From an uncultured Planctomycetota bacterium (GTDB lineage Bacteria; Planctomycetota; SKW154), in assembly GCA_964584815.1 (NCBI GenBank), contig CAZPBO010000005.1:10463-58772 (forward strand): 48,310 nt of DNA, in the 5' to 3' direction. A program made the translations under genes and the position numbers. The notes under the pieces were generated by a model. That model was not told the DNA's origin. It saw only the letters and a list, made by a program, of their open reading frames with translations, and ran no database searches. Shown piece after piece: positions 1 through 8,577 of the stretch; positions within the stretch are counted from its first letter, which is position 1, and each line of letters begins with the position of its first letter.

Positions 1-276
1 TGCAAGGCGTGCGGATTTGAGACGATGCTCCTACCAGAATTCAGGGGGCAGAAGGTGCGCTGCCCGAAATGCGGTGCGGTGGGAGAGGTGCCAGGCGATG
101 TGGTGGAGCGTGAGGGCAAACTGCGGAGCGTGGAAAGACGCCTCCAGAAACAGCGTCCTCAACGAACCGCCGACGCAAAAATGCAGCCTCAAGCAAGCAA
201 AAAGGGGCTTGTGATGGCGATTCTGATACTCTGTGCGGGTGCTGCGGTGGCATTGTTGCTTTGGTTGGCGTTATAA
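1..276 (+). CDS. Zinc-ribbon protein with C-terminal transmembrane helix, 5' end cut by window edge
   Basis: Frame 1 is open from nt 1 (CKACGFET then MLLPEF...). CKAC at nt 1-12 pairs with the CPKC downstream to form a 4-Cys ribbon, so the ATG at 25 is probably internal. The C-terminus is hydrophobic (LVMAILILCAGAAVALLLWLAL). Stop TAA at 274-276. Confidence 0.5.
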   Translation, partial: CKACGFETMLLPEFRGQKVRCPKCGAVGEVPGDVVEREGKLRSVERRLQKQRPQRTADAKMQPQASKKGLVMAILILCAGAAVALLLWLAL

Positions 277-288
277 TTGGTCTTCATC

Positions 289-316
289 TTGATGAATGCG
301 GCAGCGGGGGTATAAT
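289..316 (+). promoter_or_regulatory. Sigma70-type promoter candidate for the five-gene operon
   Basis: -35 TTGATG at 289-294, 16-nt spacer, perfect -10 TATAAT at 311-316. It lies 24 nt upstream of the ATG at 340. Confidence 0.45.
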
Positions 317-339
317 GTGTGCGCGATTGGGGGTAGGCG

Positions 340-1461
340 ATGGCATACGCGTTTACGCCGGGATTAAGGGTTTCTGCGGCGACGCTGATAGAAAGGGAAC
401 GGGTATTGCCCTTGGACGGGGAGGTTCTGGTTGAGACGGGGCAGAAGGTCGGTGCCGAAGATGTGGTCGCCCGCACAGAGTTGCCGGGCGATGTGGAGAC
501 CGTCAATGTGGTCGGGCGTCTTGCTATTGAGCCGTCAGACATCCGCCGATACATGCTCAAAAAGGAAGGAGACCCCGTCAAGGCGGGCGAACCCATCGCC
601 GAAACAAAACCTCTCATCAAATGGTTCAAGACAGTCATAAAATCGCCTGTTGACGGCACCATTGAATCTGTCTCCGAGGTGACAGGACAGGTCCTTATCC
701 GCCTTCCTTCAAAACCGGTTGAGGTTCACGCCTACATTGATGGTGTGGTAAGCAAAACAATCCCAAAACAGGGCTGTGTGATAAGAACATACGCCACCTT
801 CATTCAGGGAATATTCGGCATAGGAAAAGAGCGTTGGGGGACGCTGCGTCTTCGTGCCGATGGTGCCGACGACACGCTAACTCCCGAGAAGATAAAGGAG
901 GATGACCGAGGCGCTATTTTGATTGCCGGAGCCCTCACCACAAAAGAGGCGATTCTTAAGGCTTTTGAATGCGGCGTTGTGGGCATAATCACAGGCGGAC
1001 TGAACGCTGTGGACATAAAAGCGGTCCTCGGCTACGATATCGGTGTTGCCATAACAGGGCACGAAGAAACGCCCACCACAATTGTGGTCACAGAGGGATT
1101 CGGCAAATTGGCAATGGCGCAGCGAACATGGGAGTTGCTTGCTCGTTGCGATACAAAGAAAGCCAGTATATCAGGTGCCACCCAAATAAGGGCGGGTGTG
1201 ATAAGACCGGAAGTGATAGTGCCGCTGGGAAAGGATGTGCCAGAAGATGCGCCGCAAAAAGAACGCGACGCTCTTAAAGAAGGAGATACTGTGCGCATAA
1301 TCCGTGCACCATATTTCGGACTGATAGGCACTGTGACGAAACTGATACCCGAACTGCAGAAAGTGGAGTCCGAAAGCCGTTTGCGCGTGCTGCAGGTCAG
1401 ACTCAAAAACGGTGAGGTGCTGACGGTGCCGCGGGCGAATGTGGAACTGGTTGAGGAGTGA
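340..1461 (+). CDS. Uncharacterised soluble protein (operon gene A) with a lipoyl/barrel-sandwich-hybrid-like hairpin and a KOW-like C-terminal segment
   Basis: 373-aa ORF with no hydrophobic helices. KAGEPIAE...SPVDGTIESV resembles the lipoyl/HlyD/RnfC-N hairpin but has no biotin/lipoyl lysine motif. The C-terminus GDTVRIIRAPYFGLIGTV...VLTVPRANVELV is KOW/SH3-like. The function call is unknown. Confidence 0.75.
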   Translation: MAYAFTPGLRVSAATLIERERVLPLDGEVLVETGQKVGAEDVVARTELPGDVETVNVVGRLAIEPSDIRRYMLKKEGDPVKAGEPIAETKPLIKWFKTVIKSPVDGTIESVSEVTGQVLIRLPSKPVEVHAYIDGVVSKTIPKQGCVIRTYATFIQGIFGIGKERWGTLRLRADGADDTLTPEKIKEDDRGAILIAGALTTKEAILKAFECGVVGIITGGLNAVDIKAVLGYDIGVAITGHEETPTTIVVTEGFGKLAMAQRTWELLARCDTKKASISGATQIRAGVIRPEVIVPLGKDVPEDAPQKERDALKEGDTVRIIRAPYFGLIGTVTKLIPELQKVESESRLRVLQVRLKNGEVLTVPRANVELVEE

Positions 1462-1465
1462 GACA

Positions 1466-4165
1466 ATGAGGCGTTTTCTCACCATTTTGGGCGTTCTGGC
1501 TGCAGGAGCGCTGCTTCTGGGACAGGGCGCTCCGCCGCAGCCCAAATATTTCCGCGCCGAAGATTACCCAAACGACAGCGGCGGCAAAATCCTCCTCGTC
1601 TGGGGCTCCTCTAACGCCGACAACCTCTCAGACCTCAAAATTGACAAAGTGTTCAACGAAAAGTTTAAGCAAGTCCTGCCAAAACTGCGTGCGCAGGCAC
1701 AAGAAGCGCTCAAGAACGCCTCCGGACCCGCCGCTGACTACCTCTTCACCCGCCTCCTCACCATTGCACGAAAAAATTTCCGCAACTCCATCGCAAAGGA
1801 AATGCGCCAAAAAGAGAAAAAACCTCCCCTCACATACATCATCCAATATTCCAAAGGCAAATCCCAACAGCGTCTTAAACTCGCGGAAGTCGCCTCAAAC
1901 GCGAATCTTCAGGGCACAAACACCGTTCTTTTCGGCAACTATCCTTGCGACCCTTACGGACATTTTCTTGTGGTTGATGTAACCGAGCAGATATGCGAGA
2001 AGGAGAAAGAGGCTTACGAGAAAGGGGTGTTGGCGACAGCGACAAAAGAGCAGATGGCGCTTGAACGGTTTGAGCAGCGCGCAGACAGCCGCCAACAGGC
2101 TCTGCAAGACGCCACAGCCAAACTGGCGCTTCTTGCCTCTCTCCGATTCTTACACACACACCTTCAAAACAAATCTCCGACAGAGGAGCACGCAAAAGAC
2201 CTTCTGTGGCTGTGCGAAAAGGTTCTGAAGGCGCTTGGGGTGCCAGAGAAAGCAAAGATATTTGATATGAAGTTGGAAGGTGAAGGGGCAGGAATACGCC
2301 TTTTGCGTGCGGCTTGGAACAAGGCGTTGTCGGATGTTGTAGGCGGCGCCTATTTCCGCAGGAATTGGTATCCGCTGACGGAGCAGGTGACGGCTGCTGT
2401 GCTCCAAATCCGCCAGGATATAACCAAGCGGCGGGACCTCGCAACCAGCAACTATGATGCGCTTTCCGAACGCTTAAAAAACCTTATGGAACGCGAAAAA
2501 GCGCTTGCGGCTATCAATGCTGCCGCCCTTAAAGAGCCCGCCGCCTCCGACGCGCTCAAAACCCTCAAAGACGAAATAGAAAAAGAAAAGCAACAACTGG
2601 GTGATAAGAGCAGCGTTGAAAGGCGTCTTGCGGAATTTAAGCAACAGGAGAGGGAAGCCCAAGACGACCTCGCCCGCTTTGCGCGCGTTGTCTCATCTTT
2701 TATCAGCACATACAAAGCGTTCCTCCGCGACCTAGCGGAGAAGGCGCAGCAAATTTTCGGCAAAGTTCCGCCACCAAACGCCGACGCGCTCTATGCCGCC
2801 GCCAGCGACGACTGGGAACGCTTCGTTAGACGCCTGTCCACCTTCAGCGGCGTCTGCCACCTCCTTGATAACCAGATTATTGAGCGTCTTTCTCCGTGGT
2901 TTAAGGAAGCAAATCTGCCGCTTAAAGTGGAGTTTACCGTGCCGCAGGGCACAGAAACCGCATACACAACCACCTTAAAGAGCCTAACGGATGAGGTGAT
3001 AACGCTTGAGAGGTTGGGCAAACTCGGCGTTATGGAGAAGTTCAAGAAGACGCTTCTGGGTGAGGCGGCGTCCTGCGCTGGTCCTTTCGGACACTGGGGG
3101 AGCAAGGACGCAAAGGGAGTGGCTGGTTCGCTTCATTTTATGGCGCTTGCGCTTGAAGAGGCGGCAAAGGGCGAGCCCGATAAGGCAGCGGTTTTCCATC
3201 AGGCGTCCAACATTCTGCGAAAACTCTGGGACGACTACTGCGAAGCACTTCGGTTGGTCAAGTTGAAGCGCAAAAAAGCGCTTGAGGACGCAACCCGCCA
3301 GACAATAACATTTTATCTCTCAATGCGCCAAGGCGAAGGCGACGCCGCCAAAACCTATTTTGTGGCTGCAGCAAAAGCACAGGCGCTGCCCAATCTCTTC
3401 CACACAGGCAAAATAACCACGCTTGTTTTAGCGCTGCTTGCCTGCGGGTTGGTCTATCTGTTCATCCGCCTTGCCCGTGGTGGAAAGGAACTGTTTATCC
3501 GCAAAATACCGGGGCTTGACGCGGTGGACGAGGCGGTGGGACGCGCCACCGAGATGGGGCGTCCCGTCTACTTCATCACAGGCTTAGGCAGTATGGACGC
3601 CCTACCTGTTATAGCCGCAATAAACATTCTGGGGCGCATCGCAAGGAAAACCGCCGAACACGACACCCGCCTCCGTATGCCCTGCTACGACCCCATTGTG
3701 ATGAGCGTTGCGCAGGAGGTGGTGAAGGAGGCGGCGACAGCGGTCGGACGCCCCGACACCTTCCGCAAAGATGACATATTCTTCGTGGCGCAGGAGCAGT
3801 TCGCCTATGCCGCCGCCGTTGACGGAATGTTCGTCCGCGAAAAACCCGCCACCATCTTCTATATGGGTATGTTCTATGCCGAATCGCTGCTTCTGGCGGA
3901 AACCGGCGCTACCGTCGGCGCTATACAAATTGCCGGCACCGACTCCTACTCACAACTTCCCTTCTTTATCACCGCCTGCGACTACACCCTTATCGGTGAG
4001 GAACTATACGCCGCCAGCGCATACCTCTCCCGTGAGCCCGTCCTGCTGGGCTCCCTCCGTGGGCAGGACACTATGAAAGGTCTTATTATGCTGGCGATAC
4101 TTCTGGGATTTGTGCTGTCTTTGTTCGGAGTGGATATAATCAGGCTGCTGTTTGTGGAAGGATAA
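1466..4165 (+). CDS. Uncharacterised exported coiled-coil protein with a C-terminal two-TM-bracketed cytoplasmic domain (operon gene B)
   Basis: ATG at 1466 is preceded by GAGGAG at 1454-1459 and lies 4 nt after the gene A stop. Signal-peptide-like MRRFLTILGVLAAGALLLGQG. A long charged helical region follows. TM ITTLVLALLACGLVYLFI, then the conserved-looking DAVDEAVGRATEMGRPVYFITGLG... domain, then a terminal TM GLIMLAILLGFVLSLFGV. Confidence 0.8.
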   Translation: MRRFLTILGVLAAGALLLGQGAPPQPKYFRAEDYPNDSGGKILLVWGSSNADNLSDLKIDKVFNEKFKQVLPKLRAQAQEALKNASGPAADYLFTRLLTIARKNFRNSIAKEMRQKEKKPPLTYIIQYSKGKSQQRLKLAEVASNANLQGTNTVLFGNYPCDPYGHFLVVDVTEQICEKEKEAYEKGVLATATKEQMALERFEQRADSRQQALQDATAKLALLASLRFLHTHLQNKSPTEEHAKDLLWLCEKVLKALGVPEKAKIFDMKLEGEGAGIRLLRAAWNKALSDVVGGAYFRRNWYPLTEQVTAAVLQIRQDITKRRDLATSNYDALSERLKNLMEREKALAAINAAALKEPAASDALKTLKDEIEKEKQQLGDKSSVERRLAEFKQQEREAQDDLARFARVVSSFISTYKAFLRDLAEKAQQIFGKVPPPNADALYAAASDDWERFVRRLSTFSGVCHLLDNQIIERLSPWFKEANLPLKVEFTVPQGTETAYTTTLKSLTDEVITLERLGKLGVMEKFKKTLLGEAASCAGPFGHWGSKDAKGVAGSLHFMALALEEAAKGEPDKAAVFHQASNILRKLWDDYCEALRLVKLKRKKALEDATRQTITFYLSMRQGEGDAAKTYFVAAAKAQALPNLFHTGKITTLVLALLACGLVYLFIRLARGGKELFIRKIPGLDAVDEAVGRATEMGRPVYFITGLGSMDALPVIAAINILGRIARKTAEHDTRLRMPCYDPIVMSVAQEVVKEAATAVGRPDTFRKDDIFFVAQEQFAYAAAVDGMFVREKPATIFYMGMFYAESLLLAETGATVGAIQIAGTDSYSQLPFFITACDYTLIGEELYAASAYLSREPVLLGSLRGQDTMKGLIMLAILLGFVLSLFGVDIIRLLFVEG

Positions 4166-4176
4166 GGAGTTAAGCC

Positions 4177-4815
4177 ATGATATTCTGGAAGCGAACGCTT
4201 CCGCTTGCGATTGCGTTCTGCTTTGGTGTTCTGATGCTGGTGATTTATTTTGTGCCGCATCAGATATCGCGCACGATTGAGGACCAGATGTCACGCTGGG
4301 GGCAGATAATCAGCGCTTTCGCGCTGGTTGTGGGACTGGCGAGTCTGCTCAACATGCACATAACGCGCATAAGACGCCGCGTTGCCGGATGGGGCTACAG
4401 CGCCGTGACCATCACCGCCCTTGTCGTCTATACTGTGCTTGGCTTTATCTCGGCAGGGTCAGCAAAGAGCGACACGCTTTTCGGCTGGGGCTACAACTGG
4501 GTCTATGTGCCGCTTATGTCAACGATGTTTTCTGTTCTTGCGTTTTTCATAGCGTCGGCGGCATATAGGGCATTCCGCGCAAGAAGTGTTGAGGCATCTA
4601 TCCTGCTTGTTGTGGCGGTGGTGGTGATGCTGGAGCGTGTGCCGCTTGGCGCATACATAACCGACGCCATTCCACAAACAGCCCAGTTCATTATGCAGAT
4701 ACCGAATATGGCTGCACGACGCGCCATATTTATCGGCATCGCCTTGGGCGTTGTGGCAACATCACTGCGCATAATTTTGGGCATTGAACGCGCCTACCTT
4801 GGAGGAGGCGACTGA
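4177..4815 (+). CDS. Uncharacterised polytopic membrane protein, about 6 TM (operon gene C)
   Basis: 212-aa ORF with AAGGAG at 4164-4169 upstream. Hydrophobic helices run throughout. No recognisable transporter motif. Confidence 0.75.
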   Translation: MIFWKRTLPLAIAFCFGVLMLVIYFVPHQISRTIEDQMSRWGQIISAFALVVGLASLLNMHITRIRRRVAGWGYSAVTITALVVYTVLGFISAGSAKSDTLFGWGYNWVYVPLMSTMFSVLAFFIASAAYRAFRARSVEASILLVVAVVVMLERVPLGAYITDAIPQTAQFIMQIPNMAARRAIFIGIALGVVATSLRIILGIERAYLGGGD

Positions 4816-5654
4816 TGAGTGTGCTTGAGAAGATGATGAACATAGACAGGCGGATAATATTTGTCTTCGTCGCCGCCGCTATCGTCATACCCTCCATTGT
4901 GCGGCTCAACCTTCCGATAAAGCCGTCCCCGATGGTTGTCGCCTACTACAAGGCGATTGAGTCGCTGCCTGCAGGTTCGGTCGTTCTGGTTTCAAGCGAC
5001 TATGACCCCGGCTCAAAGGCGGAACTGTTGCCGATGACTTTGGCGACATTCCGTCACTGTTTCAGCCGCGACTTAAAAGTCATAGGAATGGGGTTGTGGC
5101 CGCAGGGCATTGACTTAACATATGAGGTATTGCGTCAGGCGGCAAAGGAGTATGGCAAAAAGGAGGGCGAGGACTTTGTGATGTGCGGCTACAAAGCGGG
5201 TGCGGCGTTCGTCATCGTCGGTCTGGGGCAGGACCTTCCGGGAACGCTGGAGAAGGATGTGCGCGGACGCGACCTGAAATCGCTGCCTCTGTTCAGAAAG
5301 CACAAAATTCGCAGTCTGCGCGACATACCGCTTGTGGTCTCTATGTCGGCAGGCAACCCAGGCATTGACACCTGGATAGTTTACGGGCGTGACCAGTTCG
5401 GTTTCCGTATGATAGGCGGCTGCACAGGCGTTATGGCACCCGACTTCTACCCCTATCTCAACACGGGACAGTTGGAGGGTCTGCTGGGGGCGGCAAAGGG
5501 TGCCGCCGATTATGAAACGCTCATCAAACGACCCGGGCTTGCCTGCAGAATGATGGACCCCCAAACCGTTGCGCACCTTGTCATAATAGTCTTTATCGTC
5601 ATCGGCAATATCGCCTTACTTTCTTCCATTATCCGTCGTAGGAGGAAAGCCTAA
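4815..5654 (+). CDS. Uncharacterised membrane protein: N-terminal TM, about 210-aa external domain, C-terminal TM (operon gene D)
   Basis: The ATG overlaps the gene C stop (TGATG at 4813-4817), with GGAGGAGG at 4801-4808. DRR precedes TM1. A second TM is followed by an RRRRKA tail, giving a consistent N-in/C-in topology. Confidence 0.75.
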   Translation: MSVLEKMMNIDRRIIFVFVAAAIVIPSIVRLNLPIKPSPMVVAYYKAIESLPAGSVVLVSSDYDPGSKAELLPMTLATFRHCFSRDLKVIGMGLWPQGIDLTYEVLRQAAKEYGKKEGEDFVMCGYKAGAAFVIVGLGQDLPGTLEKDVRGRDLKSLPLFRKHKIRSLRDIPLVVSMSAGNPGIDTWIVYGRDQFGFRMIGGCTGVMAPDFYPYLNTGQLEGLLGAAKGAADYETLIKRPGLACRMMDPQTVAHLVIIVFIVIGNIALLSSIIRRRRKA

Positions 5655-6397
5655 TGCGTGGCTCAACCATAGCAGCGCTCTGCATTGTGGCGCTTTTTGC
5701 AGTTGTGAACATATATCTTGTCGCCGCAGGCGTTCTGCCCGCCGACAGCCAGGGGCTCGGCATCATCATTGCAGCAGGTCTGACCCTTGCTATATACTCC
5801 TTCCTTTACAAGGACAACCCGTTCTATCGCTTCGCAGAGCATCTGTATGTCGGCATCGGTATGGGGTATATAATCATCCGCAGTTATTATGATGTGATAA
5901 AGCCGAAAGTCATTGACGCTCTTTTCTCACCACCTGTAGGCGAATCACCGTCATTGCTTGTCATACCACCGCTTTTCTTCGGCATTCTGCTGTTCTCACG
6001 CTTCTTCCCGCGTCAAGCGTGGATATCGCGCTGGTCGTTCGCCTTCTTTGTCGGGATGGGGTCAGGTCTTGCCATTCCGCGGACCGTCAAATCGCTGATT
6101 ATGCGTCAGGTTGAAGCCACAATCCGCCCTGTGCAGTTCTTCAGTCCCATTGGCGATTTCAACTGGATGGCGCTCGCAACTATTATCGCCATCATCGGCG
6201 TCTTCTGCGTTCTTGTCTACTTCTTCTTCTCCATAGAGCATCGTGGTCCGCTACGCAACATAAGCAAAGTCGGTGTCTGGTTTTTGATGATTGCATTTGG
6301 TGCCGCTTTCGGCTACACCGTTATGGGGCGTATCTCGCTCCTCATTGAGCGTGTTCAGTTCCTCCTGACAGACTGGCTACACATAACTATGAGGTAG
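5654..6397 (+). CDS. Uncharacterised polytopic membrane protein, about 7 TM (operon gene E)
   Basis: The ATG overlaps the gene D stop (TAATG at 5652-5656), with AGGAGGA upstream. 247 aa, almost entirely hydrophobic helices. Confidence 0.75.
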   Translation: MRGSTIAALCIVALFAVVNIYLVAAGVLPADSQGLGIIIAAGLTLAIYSFLYKDNPFYRFAEHLYVGIGMGYIIIRSYYDVIKPKVIDALFSPPVGESPSLLVIPPLFFGILLFSRFFPRQAWISRWSFAFFVGMGSGLAIPRTVKSLIMRQVEATIRPVQFFSPIGDFNWMALATIIAIIGVFCVLVYFFFSIEHRGPLRNISKVGVWFLMIAFGAAFGYTVMGRISLLIERVQFLLTDWLHITMR

Positions 6398-6401
6398 AGA
6401 C

Positions 6402-6653
6402 ATGGAAAAAGATGCCTCCCATCCACTTGAAGGGTTTGAGGAGCGTTACACTCGTCTTGAGCAGTTGGTCAACGAACTGGAGGCGGGCAATCTACCTCTT
6501 GGCGAGATGCTGAAACGGTTTGAGGAAGCGGTTCGTCTCCTTAAAGAATGCGACGAGATGCTTAAAACCGCAGAGGAGCGTGTGGAGTTGCTCACAAAGA
6601 ACCTGCAGGGCGAGATTACAGGCTCAACGCCCTATGAGGTTGAGGATGAATGA
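6402..6653 (+). CDS. xseB: Exodeoxyribonuclease VII small subunit
   Basis: 83 aa with LEQLVNELEAGNLPLGEMLKRFEEAVRLLKECDEML, typical of XseB. It sits in the classical position directly upstream of ispA. Confidence 0.85.
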   Translation: MEKDASHPLEGFEERYTRLEQLVNELEAGNLPLGEMLKRFEEAVRLLKECDEMLKTAEERVELLTKNLQGEITGSTPYEVEDE

Positions 6654-7531
6654 CCAAATTAAAAGAGTTTCTGCAAGAGCGCAGACAGGTCGTTGAAGGT
6701 GTTTTGCAGCGTTATGCTCCATCAGAGGACCGTTTTCCACCGCTGATACACAAAGCGATGCGTTACAGTCTGTTTTCGGGCGGCAAGCGTTTGCGTCCGA
6801 TACTGGTGCTGGAGTGCTGTCGTATCTGCGGTGGCAGCGAGGAGGAGGCGTTTCCCGCCGCCGCCGCTGTGGAGTTCATTCACACCTACTCCTTAATTCA
6901 CGATGACCTCCCGGCGATGGACGACGACGATTTCCGCCGCGGTAAACCAACCTGCCACAAAGTCTTCGGGGAAGCGGTGGCGATTCTGGCAGGTGATGGA
7001 CTGCTCACACTTGCTTTTGAGGCGTTGAGCCGTATTAGGGATGGGGTTGTCTGTAAGAAAGCGGTGGCGGAGTTGGCGCGTGCGGCTGGCTCCGCCGGTA
7101 TGGTCGGCGGACAGACCCTTGATATAACTCCGCCTGCTCCTGATGAGCCGCACACAGAACGCGTCTATCTGACCCATCTCCTAAAAACTGCGGCGATGAT
7201 TGAGGTCTCCTGCCGACTCGGCGCAATCTGCGCAAAAGCCCCTCAAAACGCCCTCAATGCCGTCTCCTCATACGGTCGCAACCTCGGTCTTGCCTTTCAG
7301 ATAACAGACGACATTCTTGATGTGGTCGGCGAGGAGGAGAAGGTGGGTAAGAGGCTGAAGAAGGACACCGAGAAAGGGCGTCTGACATATCCGTCGGTTT
7401 TCGGGCTTGAGGAATCGCTTTCGGAGGCGCGGCGTCTGGTGAGCGAGGCGAAAGCGGCGCTCAACATATTCGCAGAGAAAGCCGACAACCTATGTGCCCT
7501 CGCCGACTTTATCCTAACGCGAACACATTAG
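6650..7531 (+). CDS. ispA: Polyprenyl (farnesyl/geranylgeranyl) diphosphate synthase
   Basis: First Asp-rich motif LIHDDLPAMDDDDFRRGKPT and second motif FQITDDILD. ATGA overlap with xseB. Confidence 0.9.
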   Translation: MTKLKEFLQERRQVVEGVLQRYAPSEDRFPPLIHKAMRYSLFSGGKRLRPILVLECCRICGGSEEEAFPAAAAVEFIHTYSLIHDDLPAMDDDDFRRGKPTCHKVFGEAVAILAGDGLLTLAFEALSRIRDGVVCKKAVAELARAAGSAGMVGGQTLDITPPAPDEPHTERVYLTHLLKTAAMIEVSCRLGAICAKAPQNALNAVSSYGRNLGLAFQITDDILDVVGEEEKVGKRLKKDTEKGRLTYPSVFGLEESLSEARRLVSEAKAALNIFAEKADNLCALADFILTRTH

Positions 7532-7541
7532 GAGAAGCGCT

Positions 7542-8042
7542 TTGAGATTTGCCGACCTTGTTGAGGAGTTGGCTCTCATAAAGGATGCGGACATAAGGCA
7601 GAAGGTAGCGGCGGTCTGGGACAGAGCCCTTTCAGAGCACAACATAAGCGCGGAGGAGTTGAGGAAACTGCCGTTCTGCGGTGAGGTGCCTGTGGAGCGG
7701 GCGAGTTTGCTGACGCATCTGCGTGCGGTGGCACGCACAGCCGCACACCTCGCCGACCTCTACGAAGAGGCATACAGCGTGGCGGTGGACAAAGATGCGC
7801 TTGTGGCGGCGGCGCTACTGCACGATGTTGGCAAACTTGATGAACGAAAAGAAGCGCTGCTTGAGCATTCGCTATCATCGGTTTTGAGAGCGGCAAGGGA
7901 GGGGCTGCCCGATAAAGTCCTCCACGCCATAGCGTTCCACTCCGAAAGCGCTGCTTCAAAGCGACGCTGCCCCGAAGCGGAACTCCTTTACTTCGCGGAT
8001 TTTGCCCATTACAGACCTCTTCTGGAGAGCGGCAATGGATAA
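7542..8042 (+). CDS. HD-domain protein
   Basis: TTG start 7 nt after AGGAG at 7530-7534. AALLHDVGK motif (HD metal-dependent phosphohydrolase superfamily). Confidence 0.65.
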   Translation: MRFADLVEELALIKDADIRQKVAAVWDRALSEHNISAEELRKLPFCGEVPVERASLLTHLRAVARTAAHLADLYEEAYSVAVDKDALVAAALLHDVGKLDERKEALLEHSLSSVLRAAREGLPDKVLHAIAFHSESAASKRRCPEAELLYFADFAHYRPLLESGNG

Positions 8043-8577
8043 AAGAAAACGCCTTCTTGAGTTGCTGCGCGAAAAAGCGGTTCTCAAAGGGCGGTTTGTT
8101 CTGGCAAGCGGGAAGGTGAGCGACAGGTATGTGGACTGTCGGCGGGTGACACTGGACCCTGAAGGGGCGGAGTTGGTGGGGGAGTTGGTGTTCGCGGAGG
8201 TTTTGAGAAGGGGAGCGACGGCGGTGGCGGGTTTAACGATGGGAGCAGACCCGATAGTGGTGGCGACAGGTCTTGTAGCGCGCCGCAACAACTATCCCCT
8301 CAAAATGGCGATTGTGCGCAAAGAGCCGAAAAAATACGGCACCGCAGGGCAGGTTGAGGGACCACCACTGGACAGGAGCGACAGAGTAATGGTGGTGGAG
8401 GATGTGGCGACAACAGGGACATCGGCGCTGAAAGCAGCGCAGGTAATTCTGCAGCAGTTCAACTGCCAGATAGCGGCGGTGCTGGCAGTGGTTGACCGCA
8501 AAGAAGGCGCAAAAGAAAAAATCCACCGCCACGGCTTTGAGTTTATATCGCTCTTTGAGATGGAGGAGTTGCTGTGA
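8035..8577 (+). CDS. pyrE: Orotate phosphoribosyltransferase
   Basis: N-terminus MDKRKRLLELLREKAVLKGRFVLASGKVSDRYVDCR and PRPP-binding loop VMVVEDVATTGTS. The ATG at 8035 overlaps the end of the upstream gene. Confidence 0.9.
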   Translation: MDKRKRLLELLREKAVLKGRFVLASGKVSDRYVDCRRVTLDPEGAELVGELVFAEVLRRGATAVAGLTMGADPIVVATGLVARRNNYPLKMAIVRKEPKKYGTAGQVEGPPLDRSDRVMVVEDVATTGTSALKAAQVILQQFNCQIAAVLAVVDRKEGAKEKIHRHGFEFISLFEMEELL

